Origin: Sedimentisphaerales bacterium
GTDB taxonomy: Bacteria; Planctomycetota; Phycisphaerae; Sedimentisphaerales; Anaerobacaceae
DNA length: 64,000 bases
Direction: 5' to 3'
NCBI GenBank assembly: GCA_963708075.1
Contig: OY970194.1
Span: forward strand, 3,744,001-3,808,000
Part shown: piece by piece, positions 31,401 through 42,159 of the stretch
Numbering within the stretch: the first letter of the stretch is position 1
Layout of the letters: each line of letters starts with the position of its first letter
Notes under the pieces: generated by a model
The model's input: the letters and a program-made list of their open reading frames with translations, nothing else
Told to the model about the DNA's origin: nothing
Databases searched by the model: none
Position numbers and translations under genes: made by a program

Positions 31401-32043
31401 GCAAGGTGACGATCCAAATGGATCGATGAACACGGCAAGTCAAGAGAGGCGGGCTGAGGCTCAAGCTGGAGCCAGAGATAGCCAGGAAGGCGGACAACCG
31501 GCAGACCGCGCGTCGGGTGAGAGGGACTCCACGCGTTCAGGGCAGGCTCAGCAAGGCGGCTCCCCTCGCGAGGGTGCGGAGCAGCAGGCCTCCGATCGCC
31601 GTGCCCAGGCGGATGGTGGCGCGCGGGCCGACCCAAGAGGCTTGGGCGGCAATCCCGGCTCCCCGGGACAATGGGATGATCCGGGCAACCGAGGGCCGCT
31701 CACGGGTGAGGATTTTCGCCAATGGTCGGATGGGCTGCGCGACGTGGAGGAGATGCTCACTGAACAGGAGCTGCGTGACGAGGCAGCGAGGATTCAGGAC
31801 CGCGCCCGGGCCATACGGGCGGAGTTCAAACGTCACGGCACGGAGCCACAGTGGGACCTGGTCCGCACGCAGATCATGGACCCGCTGACCGAGTTGCGGC
31901 AGCGAGTGGATGAGAAACTGGCGCAGCTTCAGTCGGACGAAACGATGGCCCCCATCGACCGTGATCCGGTGCCCGACCGCTTCGCAGACCTGGTCCGAGC
32001 CTACTTCGAGAGCCTGGGACAGGAGGAGGGGACGGGGAATTGA
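28446..32043 (+). CDS. DUF4175-like membrane-anchored Ig + long coiled-coil protein (frameshift near 28543)
   Basis: ATG at 28446 after GGAG. N-terminal TM helices, YPAYTKLP, ADDYGV, EVRPFE, Gln-rich coiled coil and C-terminal DRDPVP..VRAYFESL. The 5' end is in a different frame from ORF 28564-32043. Confidence 0.7.
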
Positions 32044-34450
32044 TGATTGACAGTGTTACCATCCCTGTAAGTCCCTGGTTCTGGCCGGCCGGGGCACTAC
32101 TCATAGCGGGCCTTGCATTGATGGTCTGGTCACATTGGCGCGCCGGGAGACTTCACATTTCAAATCTCAGATTTGGAATTTGGAGAGTCGCCTTCTTGCT
32201 CAAGTTGATGGCCATTGTCGTCCTGGCCTTGTGCCTGATCGAGCCGCTCTGGAGCGGCAGGCGCGCCAAGTCCGGGGCCAACCTGTTCATCGTTCTGGCG
32301 GATAACAGCAGCGGCATGAATATTCGCGATCGCGACGCCTCCCGCAGCCGTGGCGAGATTCTGCAGGATCTGCTGAATGTGCAGGCCGGTTTGAAACCCG
32401 CCCCTACAGGGGCCGGCGCGACGACTAAGCCGGGCTGGCTGGCTGTGCTATCGAACGATTTTCAGGTCCGCCCGTACCTGTTCGATTCAAGGCTGCGCCG
32501 GACAATGGATTTCTCCGATCTGGCGTTTGATGGCAAGGCCACGGCGCTGGGCTCGGCCCTGCGGACCCTGGCCGGGCGGTTCCAGGGAATGCCGCTGGCG
32601 GGGATCCTCCTGCTGAGCGACGGGTGCGCCACGGATCTCGGAGCGGACATCCCCGACATGCCGGGCCTTCCACCGGTGTACCCCGTGGTGATCGGCGAAG
32701 GGCGACCGCCGAAGGACATCTCCCTGGCCGGCGTCTCCGTCAGCCAGACGGCCTTCGAGGACGCCCCGGTGACCATCCAGGCGGACGTCGAAACCACCGG
32801 CTTTGCCGGCCAGACCGTGGCGGTCGATCTGCTCGATGATTCAGGAACTATGGTCGAGCACCGGCAGTGGACGATCGACAGGAACGACGAAAGGCAGGCC
32901 TTCCGTTTCCGTCTGCGCCCGACAGGACCGGTGTCCTCTTCTATCGCCTCCGCACGACAGCCGGATCACCGATGGACACGACAGCGGCAGCAGAGGCAAC
33001 GCTGGCCAACAACGAGCGGACTATCGTGGTGGACCGCGGCAAGGGACCCTACCGGATTCTCTACGTGGCGGGCAGGCCCAACTGGGAATTCAAGTTCCTC
33101 AAACGAGCCGTCGAGGAAGATGAGCAAGTGCAGCTCGTCGGATTGCTGCGTGTGGCCAGGCGAGAGCCTAAGTACGATTGGCGGGGGCACACCGGTGAGA
33201 CGAGCAACCCGCTGTATCGGGGATTCGACTCCAAGGACGAGGAGACCGAGCAGTACGATCAACCCGTCCTTGTGCGTCTGAACACGCGAGATCAGACGGA
33301 ACTGAACGATGGATTCCCCAAGACGAAGGAGGAGTTGTTCGAGTACCACGCGGTCATCCTCGACGACGTGGAGGCCGAGTTCTTCAGTCGCGACCAGATG
33401 GATTTGCTGCACCGCTTTGTCGCCGAGCGAGGCGGCGGGTTTCTCATGCTCGGCGGCAAGGGATCGTTCCAAGAAGGCAACTTCCGGCGCACTCCCCTTG
33501 GCAACCTCCTGCCGGTGTACCTGGAGCCCGCGCCGGCCGACTCGGTGAAGACGGGGATCCGGCTGCAACTTACCCGCGAGGGCTGGCTGCAGCCCTGGGC
33601 CCGGCTGCGTGACAACGAGAAGGAAGAACAGCAACGGCTCTCGGAGATGCCGGAGTTCCGCGTGCTCAATCATACAGGCTCGGCAAAGCCCGGGGCACGG
33701 GTTGTCGGCGCGATTGGCGGAGCCGAAACGCAACAACAACCCGGGCTGGTCGTCCAGCGGCTGGGCAATGGCCGTACGGCGGCGCTGACCCTTGGAGATC
33801 TGTGGCGTTGGGGCATGCAAAAGCCGCCGATGCACGACGATATGGACAAGTTCTGGCGGCAGACGCTTCGATGGCTCGTGACGGATGTCCCCGGCCGGAT
33901 ATCGCTCCAGGCGGTGCAGAAATCAGGCGAGACGAACCAGCCGGTGACGTTGCAGGTTCGGGTGCGTGACAAGGCCTTCGAGCCCGTGGACAGTGCCTCC
34001 ATCGCCATCGAAGTGCGCGAGCCGGGGGACCAGCGGGTGCAACTGGCCGCGGCCCCCGTGCCCACCGAGAGCGGGCTATTCGAGGCCATCTACGTTCCGC
34101 GCACCAGCGGCGGCTATTTTGCTCAAGTGACTGTGACTGATGCGGCGGGAACGAAAGCAGGTGACGCACAAGCGGGATGGGCGGTCGATCTCGAAGCGAG
34201 CGAGTTTCAATCCGTCCGGGCGAATCGGCCCCTGCTGGAGAAGATCGCCCGCCGCACGGGAGGCCGAATCGTGTCGGTCGATGAGCTGGAGGATTTCGCT
34301 CGCGACTTGCCGCATCAGAAGGTCCCGGTCACAGACGTCTGGGTCAAGCCGCTGTGGGACCTGCCGGGGATGCTGCCGGCGGTCTGCTTGTTCATCTTGA
34401 CTTGTTTTGCCGCCGAATGGGCGATTCGCCGCTGGAAAGGACTGCCGTGA
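32043..34450 (+). CDS. Membrane protein with vWA-like and class I glutamine-amidotransferase-like domains (frameshift near 32920)
   Basis: DNSSGM and LLSDG in the first frame; RILYVAGRPNWEFKFL, GGGFLMLGG, WRWGM and EWAIRRWKGLP in the second. One C is missing in a C run at the junction. Confidence 0.78.
32379..32407 (-). repeat. REP-like family A, in frame inside the vWA/GATase gene
   Basis: GTGCAGGCCGGTTTGAAACCCGCCCCTAC, translated as VQAGLKPAPT. Confidence 0.8.
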
Positions 34451-35442
34451 GAAGAGCATTGACGTTACTAGTCGGCATGCTGAGTTGCAGCGGATTCGCC
34501 GGGCAATCTGAATCCATGACAGAGGGTCAGACCGTGATCATTGTCGTCGGCGCCGCCGGGACGCCCGAGTATGCGGCGCAATTCACAAAATGGGCAGGAG
34601 CTTGGGAGCAGGCATGCACGAAGAGCCATGCGGAGTTCATCAGCATTGGCTTGACCGAGAGCGATAGCCAATTGGATCGTGCGCGCCTCCAAGAAACACT
34701 TGCCAGGCAATCTGAACAGACTTCGGCTGCTTTGTGGCTGGTCCTGATCGGGCACGGGACTTTCGACGGCAGAGCGGCCAAGTTCAATCTCCGGGGCCCG
34801 GACATCTCAGCAGGCGATCTTGCCGAATGGCTCAAGCCAATGAAACGGCCTGTCGCCGTCATCGACACGGCCTCCTCCAGCGCGCCGTTCCTGAAAGAGC
34901 TGTCTTCGCCCGAGCGCACCGTAATCACCGCCACCAAGAGCGGTTTTGAACAGAACTTTACGCGATTCGGCCAGTACCTTGCCGAGGCGGTCGTCGATCC
35001 TCGGGCGGACTTGGACAAAGACGGGCAGACCTCCCTGCTCGAAGCGTTCCTCAGCGCCTCTCACGCCGCCAGCGAGTTCTACTCCGCCGCCGGAAGACTC
35101 GCTACCGAGCACGCGCTGCTTGACGACAACGGCGATGGCCTGGGCACGCCCGCCGAGTGGTTCCGCGGCATCCGGCCGGTGCAGAAGGCCCGGGACGACG
35201 CCGCCCTCGACGGCTACCGGGCCCATCAGCTTCATCTGCTCTATAGCGAAGGCGAGACGGTTATGCCGCCGGAGGTACGGGCCCGACGCGATCAACTGGA
35301 GTTGCAGGTCATGCAACTCCGTGACACGAGAGCCTCGCTCTCCGAGGAGGAGTACTTCGCCAAGCTGGAACCGCTGCTCCGCGAGATCGCCCGAATCTAC
35401 GAGCAGGCGGACAAGCGTGCCCCCTCAGGGCAATCGAGGTAG
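34447..35442 (+). CDS. Secreted hypothetical protein, caspase/legumain-like fold suspected
   Basis: GTG start overlaps the previous stop. VLIGHGTFDG, IDTASSSAPF, ADLDKDGQTSLLEAF and TEHALLDDNGDG. Confidence 0.65.
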   Translation: MRRALTLLVGMLSCSGFAGQSESMTEGQTVIIVVGAAGTPEYAAQFTKWAGAWEQACTKSHAEFISIGLTESDSQLDRARLQETLARQSEQTSAALWLVLIGHGTFDGRAAKFNLRGPDISAGDLAEWLKPMKRPVAVIDTASSSAPFLKELSSPERTVITATKSGFEQNFTRFGQYLAEAVVDPRADLDKDGQTSLLEAFLSASHAASEFYSAAGRLATEHALLDDNGDGLGTPAEWFRGIRPVQKARDDAALDGYRAHQLHLLYSEGETVMPPEVRARRDQLELQVMQLRDTRASLSEEEYFAKLEPLLREIARIYEQADKRAPSGQSR

Positions 35443-35549
35443 ACCGCCCCATTGCTGAGCGGCACCCGCTCCGGTATTCTTGTCTCCTGTGATATTCCTC
35501 GGATCGACGTAACGATGCTGGTTGGAGACCTCAGGCAGGGCTGCGTGTT

Positions 35550-37267
35550 ATGTTCGGACTGTTCGACGCGGTTTTCTTCTTCGGGTACATCGTGGTCGTG
35601 CTGGTTATCGGCTTCGCCGTAGCCCGACGAGAGAAGCCGACCGTTCAGGAGTATTTTCGCGCCGGCAACCGCCTGCCCTGGTACGCCATCGGAGCCTCCA
35701 TCATCGCGGCCGGAGTCAGTTCCGAGCAATTCGTGGGCGAGGTCGGGTACGCGTACAAGCTCGGCATGCCCGTGATGAACTGGGAATGGATGGTCTTCCC
35801 GGCCCTGTCCATCCTGCTTTTTATCTTCATCCCGCTCTACGTCCGTAACCGCATCACGACCATGCCGGAATACCTGGAGCGCCGTTACGGCCCGCACGCC
35901 CGCACCCTCTACGCCGTACTCATCATCGCCAGTTACATCTTCGTGAATTTCGCCCTGGTGTTCTACACGGGCGGCTACGCCCTGGAGAAGATGTGGGGCT
36001 TTGACCGCGTCGCGGCAGTCTGGTTGCTGGCCGCCGCGACGGGGGCATACACGATCTACGGCGGGATGCTGTCGGTCGCCTGGACGGATTTCTTCCAGTG
36101 CCTCCTGCTGATGGGCGGAGGGCTCTATGTATTCCTCGCGGGCATGCACCACCTTCACTGGGACTTCGCCGCGGTCATCAACAGCGGCCAACGCGCCCAC
36201 CTGATCGCCCCGCAGAGTCACGAGGTGCCCTGGACCGCCCTGGTGATCCTGGGCCTGTCCACAAATGTGTGGTACTACGCCACGGACCAGTTCATCAATC
36301 AGCGATGCCTCGGCGCGAAGAATGAGTGGCACTCCAAAATGGGCGTCCTTTTTGCCGGGGGTCTGCAACTGCTGCTACCGCTGGCCACAGCCGCTCCTGG
36401 GATGATCTATTATGTGATGAACCCCACATTGCCCGATCATAACGCCGCGTACACTTCCATCGTCGCCGAGCTGATCCCGGCAGGTCTGCGCGGGCTGGTC
36501 GTGGCCGCCGTGATCGGCGCGATCATGTCCACAATCTCAGGCCTGGTGAACTCCACCTCGACGATGGTGACACTGGACCTGTTCCGCCGCTGGAAGGGCA
36601 AGGACTGGCCCGAGCACCGGCTGGTCCGATTCGGGCAATGGTCCGGCACCGTCGCCCTCGTCATCGGCGCGCTCTTGCGCCGGTGGTCATGAAATGGGAC
36701 AGCATTTTCCGCTACTGCCAGGACATCTGGGCCCCGATGGCGGCGCCGGCGGTCGTCGTTTTCGTCGGCGGGGCGCTCTGGCGACCGGCCAAGCAGCGAG
36801 GGGCGGTCGCTTGTCTGCTGCTGGCCATGCTGACCGTGCCGCTGACGTTCCTGAAGTCATTTCTGGCGGATGCCGGCATCCACATCCTGCCGCCGAACCT
36901 CGAAAACTCCCTCATCTTCGGTGGCGGCGTGTTCATACTGTCCATCGTCCTGCTTGCGGTGTTTTCGCTTGTCCGATCTCTGGCCGCCGGCCTGCTGTGC
37001 AGCGCCGTAGCGGCTGCATTCATCTTCTGGCTGATCAACGCCAATCCTGCCACAATAGCCGTCCTCATCGTCGGGTCCTACATCGCCGCGATGATCTACG
37101 GCTGGCGCATCAGCTCGCGGGAAGCGCACGACGATCCCTACATGTGGAATCGCTCGATGCTGGTGGGCTCGCCCGCGGGCCAGGCCCAGAAATGGTACAG
37201 GAGCATCTGGTTCTGGTGGCTGGTGAACCTGGCGGTCTTCACGGCTATCTACATTACGTTCTGGTGA
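35550..37267 (+). CDS. Sodium:solute symporter (SSS) family transporter (frameshift near 36678)
   Basis: YFRAGNRLPWYAIGASIIAA..SSEQFVG, TMPEYLERRY, YGGMLSVAWTD, DQFINQRCLGAK and AIMSTISGLVNS. The C-terminus continues in ORF 36638-37267. Confidence 0.9.
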
Positions 37268-37268
37268 T

Positions 37269-38693
37269 TCACTCGCTGATCGATGCAAGGATTTCCGCGA
37301 GCCGGGCCATTTGAGTTGAGGAGGGTCTGTTGGGCTCCTCCTGTGCGTACTCGGTCACCTTATCGCGCGCGAGCTGATAGACATCCTTCGCACCTTTGGC
37401 GGCCCAGGAGCCGTACTGTTCGCGGACGGATAATCGCGGGGCCACATATTCATCGGAGTAAAGCCACTTCAGCGTATGATCGGCCGTCAGATACGATGGA
37501 TTCTGCGGGCCGGTTTTGATGATCAGGTCCTTGCCGATAGTCCCTTCGTCCACCTGCACGCCTGCCGCAATCCTGCGGCAGATGGCGGACATCTCCTCGT
37601 CCATCAGCAGTTGCTCGTTGCTGCACGTCAGTCCGGTGGCGAACATGCCGCAGTTGACGATCAGGTCGTGGCCCGCGGCGACGGAGCAGAACTGGCTCAG
37701 TGCCTTTTCCCAAGCGTTCTGTTCGTCATGCGCGTGATTGTCCGAGTTCGGCGCCGTCGTGTGAGAGGGAACCTTGTAGAAATGTGCCAACTGAGCGGCC
37801 GCGATCCGGCAAACGGTCGTCTCCGTCGAACCGACCAGGGCGGTCCCGGTTCGCATGTCACAGGTGGTCCAGGAATTGGCGTACATGACCTTCGCGCCCG
37901 GCCTGAGCATCTGAATCATGGCCAGGCCCGACAGGCATTCCGCGTTGCACATCGTCAGCAGCCCGGCCAGCGTATAAGGCGCGGAAATCCCTGCGATCGG
38001 CTCCGGGAGAATAGCGAGCGGGACCCCCGTCGGCACGGTGTCCATGATCGCATCCAGCACGCCCTCCTCCCAATAGAGCGGACTGGTGGAGGAAAGCTGG
38101 CTGATGCCGTACACCTGGCTCTGCAGGTCGCCTGTGAACGCCGCCTTCAGCATTTCGATGCACAGGCTGTTGATCTCGGTGCTGTTCGTGGAGAAGTAGA
38201 TGGGCTTGGTCGTATTCTCGATCACGGCTCGCACGGCATAGAGGAGCGTCGCCCCGGGGTTCGGGATGTCCTGCGGCATCACCGGCACGCCGACCATGTC
38301 GATGCACTCCAGCTTGTCGCAGATGCGAGTGAAAAGCTCCACGTCGGCCACTGTGGATTCCCGCCGCTTGCCCGTCTGCGAATCCACCCAGAAGACGGCA
38401 TTGTGCCCGGCCGCGATCTTCGGCTTTCTGTCGCCCAGAACGAAGACGAATTTCCCATTGCGGTCGAAGACGTCGAACTGTGCGGGGACATGGCTCAATG
38501 CATCTTCAATGGAAGCTCGCGTGAAGGTCACGGTGCGGGCTTCGGTGTCCACAGCAAGCCCCCTGCCCTTCAAGAAGGCCAGCATTCGGTCGTTGAGGAT
38601 TCTGACGCCGCACTGCTGCAGGATGTCGAGCGAGGCATTGTGAATATCGAGGATTTCCCGCTCCGAGAGAACCTTGAGCCATGGTAATCGCAT
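37269..38693 (-). CDS. Trimethylamine methyltransferase (MttB superfamily), non-pyrrolysine
   Basis: IHNASLDILQQCGV, ENTTKP, SPL, AGISAPYTLAG..NAECLSG and DMRTG. No in-frame TAG. Confidence 0.88.
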   Translation of the reverse strand: MRLPWLKVLSEREILDIHNASLDILQQCGVRILNDRMLAFLKGRGLAVDTEARTVTFTRASIEDALSHVPAQFDVFDRNGKFVFVLGDRKPKIAAGHNAVFWVDSQTGKRRESTVADVELFTRICDKLECIDMVGVPVMPQDIPNPGATLLYAVRAVIENTTKPIYFSTNSTEINSLCIEMLKAAFTGDLQSQVYGISQLSSTSPLYWEEGVLDAIMDTVPTGVPLAILPEPIAGISAPYTLAGLLTMCNAECLSGLAMIQMLRPGAKVMYANSWTTCDMRTGTALVGSTETTVCRIAAAQLAHFYKVPSHTTAPNSDNHAHDEQNAWEKALSQFCSVAAGHDLIVNCGMFATGLTCSNEQLLMDEEMSAICRRIAAGVQVDEGTIGKDLIIKTGPQNPSYLTADHTLKWLYSDEYVAPRLSVREQYGSWAAKGAKDVYQLARDKVTEYAQEEPNRPSSTQMARLAEILASISE

Positions 38694-38707
38694 CTGAGAC
38701 TATCTCC

Positions 38708-39622
38708 TCAACCTGCGACCTGTCTAAAAAGGTCGGCGTACGTGCAGGGTTTCAGCCCAAGCCGGCGAGCGTGGACAAACGTCAGTTCGAGCATCTTCAT
38801 CTCGGGGTCGAACTTGTGCAGCGACCATGGGTGCCAGATCAGTGAGACGTGGGGCTTGTTCGTTTCAATCGCCTTTTCGAGAAAGACCCGGTTGATCTCG
38901 AATTCGTCGCCGGCTGTCCGGACGAATTGCGTCGGAATCGCCTCGGGCATGGGCGAGGGCCACAGCGTGAGGCGTCTGGGTCCCCAGCCATTGTGGTTCT
39001 TGAGCAGGTTCTCATGCCAGCCGTGGCCGGGCAACTCCCACAGATCGGCGAACCCGTCCTCGCCATAGTGAAATGGCTCGCGGATCAGTGCGGGCATGGA
39101 ATAGTCCGGCCCCCACAGCAGGCTGCTGACGTACTTGAGCCCAGCCTCGCGGAGCAACTTCAGAACATCGGTTGCACCTTTGAAGCCATTATCGAAGCCG
39201 CAGGCCGCCCGCAGGCCCAGGCACGGCCGCTCGAAGACGCTCTCAATCAGCTCCTTGGCCCGGAAAATCTCCTCCCTCTTTTCCTCCGCGGAGGCTGCCG
39301 CACCGCAGAAGACGTTCTCCCGAAGCATCTTGTGGCTCCAGGTGTGCGAAGCGACCTCGAAGAGCGGGTCCGCGAGCAACTCTTTGTATTCTTTGGCGTT
39401 CCCTTCCAGCGTCCTGCCGGTAATGAAGAACGTCGCGGGCATCTGGAGCTGCTTGTGGACCTCGACGATCCTGCGACAGGCCTGCAGGCACGCCGGCGAC
39501 TCCGTGTCGTACGCGGCAATGTACGCTGTCTTAGAATTCGCAATTTGAGATTTGAGATTCGAGATCGGAAGGGCCGCCCCCAATGCAGCGCCCATGAGGT
39601 CTCTTCGTGAAATGCGGCTCAT
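38708..39622 (-). CDS. Polysaccharide deacetylase (NodB-like) with Tat-like signal
   Basis: SRRDLMG, AYDTE, ATFFITG, EVASHTWSH, GLRAACG and IWHPW. Confidence 0.8.
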   Translation of the reverse strand: MSRISRRDLMGAALGAALPISNLKSQIANSKTAYIAAYDTESPACLQACRRIVEVHKQLQMPATFFITGRTLEGNAKEYKELLADPLFEVASHTWSHKMLRENVFCGAAASAEEKREEIFRAKELIESVFERPCLGLRAACGFDNGFKGATDVLKLLREAGLKYVSSLLWGPDYSMPALIREPFHYGEDGFADLWELPGHGWHENLLKNHNGWGPRRLTLWPSPMPEAIPTQFVRTAGDEFEINRVFLEKAIETNKPHVSLIWHPWSLHKFDPEMKMLELTFVHARRLGLKPCTYADLFRQVAG

Positions 39623-39642
39623 TGTAATCCCCTCGTGAATCG

Positions 39643-40434
39643 TCACCGCGTCAGGTACGCGAGTGTCTTTCGCACGGATGACTCGTGATCGGTGGAGGGC
39701 AGGTATTCGAGGCCGAAGACGCCCTGGTAGCCCAGCGTCTCGATCTGTCCCATCACGAATGGGTAATCCGTCTCGCCGTGGTACAGCTCGTGCCTGCCGG
39801 GCACGCCTGCGGAATGGAAATGGCCGATCACGTCGATGTTTCGCTTGATGTGGTTGACGAGGTCGCCCTCCATGATCTGCATGTGGTAACAGTCGAATAG
39901 CAGCTTCAGCCGCGATGAGCCGATCTCTCGGCAGATCTCCGCCCCCTCGTCGCTGCTCGCCAGGAAATAGCCGCGATGATCGTACCGGGTATTCAGCGGC
40001 TCCAACAGCAGCGTCACGCCGGCCTTGTCCGCCATCTCGACCGTCGGCTTGAGCCCGGCAACCACCGACGCAAGCATCTTGCTGCGGGTCATCCCTTTGA
40101 CCTCATTGCCCGTGCAGACGATGGTGGCGGGGATGCCAGCTTGCTTGGCGAACTCGATGGTCATCGCCGCCCGAGCGAGCCACCTTTTGCGGTGGGCGGG
40201 ATTCGTGAGGCCGCCGCCAATGGAGCCGTCGGGCGAGCCGATCACCGTGTTCGTGATCGCGACATCGTGCGTGTCGGCCATCTTCGCGAGTTCCTGGGGC
40301 TTGCCCTTGAAGCTCTTGTCCACGAACCACATCTCGACGTTCCTGAACCCGCACTCCGCAGCCTTTCGGATGCGGTCCTCAAACGGCAGATTCGCAAACG
40401 CCATCTCTATGCATAATCCTATTCTCATATCCAT
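39643..40434 (-). CDS. Hydroxypyruvate isomerase-like / AP_endonuc_2 TIM-barrel sugar isomerase
   Basis: LLLEPLN, KLLFDCYHMQIMEG, HFHSAGVPGRHE and GLEY. Confidence 0.85.
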   Translation of the reverse strand: MDMRIGLCIEMAFANLPFEDRIRKAAECGFRNVEMWFVDKSFKGKPQELAKMADTHDVAITNTVIGSPDGSIGGGLTNPAHRKRWLARAAMTIEFAKQAGIPATIVCTGNEVKGMTRSKMLASVVAGLKPTVEMADKAGVTLLLEPLNTRYDHRGYFLASSDEGAEICREIGSSRLKLLFDCYHMQIMEGDLVNHIKRNIDVIGHFHSAGVPGRHELYHGETDYPFVMGQIETLGYQGVFGLEYLPSTDHESSVRKTLAYLTR

Positions 40435-40439
40435 CCCTC

Positions 40440-41765
40440 TCACTTGAGAATGGTCCGCAGGACCTTGTTGATGCCCAGGGCGATAGCGGCACAATCCAGC
40501 GGCGAGTAGTTCCAGTTCACATCCAGCATGATCGCCCGCGACAGCAGGTCCAGCGCCCGCGGGCACATGTCACGCGCGTATTTCGGCAATTCCGCCGCCG
40601 GCACAGCGCTCCAGGGCAGGCCGTCCCGAGCGACAGACTTCTTGTCCAGGATGTGCTCCCAGCAATTGTAGACGTGCCAGTCCCTGATCTTGGAATCGTA
40701 AATGCCGCCGGCGGGAACGCCCTCCGCCTGCATGGCGTCGATGGCCTTTCGCGTCCCTTCGGCCGTTGACAGGAACATGACGAGGCAAATGGCCGTGTCG
40801 CCCGCCTCGTCGGTCAGGCGGCGAAAGCTCAGGCCGGGCAGCCGCGAGATCGCGTCCTTAATCTGCTTCTTGGCCCGCCTGTAGCCGGCGAGCATCTCGT
40901 CCGCCTTGCGGATCTGCGCCAGCGCGACGGCGCCCTCCAGCTCGCTCATGCGGTAGTTCTCGCCGCAGAACAGCTCGCCCTCCTTGCGCTCTTTGGCGAA
41001 GCGGTCGGGCCTCCAGCAGGCGGCGCAGTCGTGCCAGCTCTGGGCGCGGGTGTAGAGCCACTCATCGTTCGTAGTGACGAAGCCGCCCTCGCCGCTGACG
41101 ACGATCTTGTAGTAATCGAAGCTGAAGCAACCCATGGTGCCGATACTGCCCAGGCGCTTGCCGCCGAACGAGCCGCCTGCAGCCTGTGCCACGTCCTCGA
41201 TCACCGGAATGCCTTTGCGGTTAGCGAGGTCCATGATCGCATCCATCCGGGCGGGCGAACCCCGCATGTGGACCGGGACGATCGCCTTCGTCCGCTTCGT
41301 GATGGCTTTCCTGACTGCATCCGGGTCCATGTTCAGACTGTCATCGACGTCCACAATGACCGGGATCGCATTGGCGCTGGCCACGGTGGCGCTGGTGGCG
41401 AAGAATGTATAGCCCGGAACGATGACTTCGTCGCCCGCGCCGATCCCCAGCGCCCGGTAGCTCGCCACAAGGGCGGAGGTGCAGGAATTGACGGCGAGGC
41501 AGTGCCCAACACCGATAAGCTCGCGCATGGCCGCCTCGGCCGCCGCCACTTTGCTCGGCCTGGGATTGTAGTAGCGAAACAGGTGAGGACCCGCCACATC
41601 CGGCTCGTTCTCGATCAGCTCCCTGAGTTTCTGCTGCGTCTGCGGGCTGAACTGCCACATGCTCAGAATCTCAAGAAGCTCATCTTTGCCGATTTTTGCA
41701 GGGAACGGCCCCAGTTTGCCGACCGCCTTACCGCCGCCGTCGATGGCCAGTTTTTCCACGCTCAC
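40440..41765 (-). CDS. DegT/DnrJ/EryC1/StrS PLP-dependent aminotransferase
   Basis: KLAIDGG, NSCTSAL, GDEVIVP, IEDVAQA, FSFDYYK (catalytic Lys)..GEGG and NYRMSE. GTG start after AAGGGGAG. Confidence 0.92.
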   Translation of the reverse strand: MSVEKLAIDGGGKAVGKLGPFPAKIGKDELLEILSMWQFSPQTQQKLRELIENEPDVAGPHLFRYYNPRPSKVAAAEAAMRELIGVGHCLAVNSCTSALVASYRALGIGAGDEVIVPGYTFFATSATVASANAIPVIVDVDDSLNMDPDAVRKAITKRTKAIVPVHMRGSPARMDAIMDLANRKGIPVIEDVAQAAGGSFGGKRLGSIGTMGCFSFDYYKIVVSGEGGFVTTNDEWLYTRAQSWHDCAACWRPDRFAKERKEGELFCGENYRMSELEGAVALAQIRKADEMLAGYRRAKKQIKDAISRLPGLSFRRLTDEAGDTAICLVMFLSTAEGTRKAIDAMQAEGVPAGGIYDSKIRDWHVYNCWEHILDKKSVARDGLPWSAVPAAELPKYARDMCPRALDLLSRAIMLDVNWNYSPLDCAAIALGINKVLRTILK

Positions 41766-41827
41766 CGGTTCTCCCCTTCTCACATTATCCATCACAGACC
41801 ATTGCCCAACCAAACGCAGACCCACGG

Positions 41828-41856
41828 GTTATACCGCACTACCTGCGATTGTTCAA
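41828..41856 (-). promoter_or_regulatory. Candidate sigma70 promoter of the DegT-MttB operon
   Basis: TTGAAC-17 nt-TATAAC. Confidence 0.55.
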
Positions 41857-42007
41857 GTCGGGTGACATCCTGCGGAAAGACATGAATAATGCGGCCGGCG
41901 GCAGCCTCCTTACCGCCGCCGCGCCGGAGATTCGGCCCCCTCGGTCCTCCGGAAGCGACTGCTTCAGCTCGCCGCAAGCACCGAATGGCCATTTCGCGTG
42001 CTCCGTC

Positions 42008-42159
42008 CGGGCAATATCCTCAGAGATTCCCTCGAATAAGGCTACAGAGGAAATTGCTCATACATGATTAAGGGTTTTGCCTAGTCGCATGGCGCAGACC
42101 GGCACGTGACATCGAACGATTAAGGATTTTGCTTAAAAACAGACTGATACTTTTCCTCA
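42008..42159. promoter_or_regulatory. Five 15-bp imperfect palindromic operator-like boxes upstream of kaiC
   Basis: TGAGGATATTGCCCG (42008, reverse), AGAGGAAATTGCTCA (42046), TAAGGGTTTTGCCTA (42069), TAAGGATTTTGCTTA (42121) and TGAGGAAAAGTATCA (42145, reverse). Confidence 0.5.

Noticed and set aside
37269..38693. Pyrrolysine read-through in MttB
   Set aside because: The ORF is continuous with no in-frame TAG, and no pyl genes or tRNA were seen.
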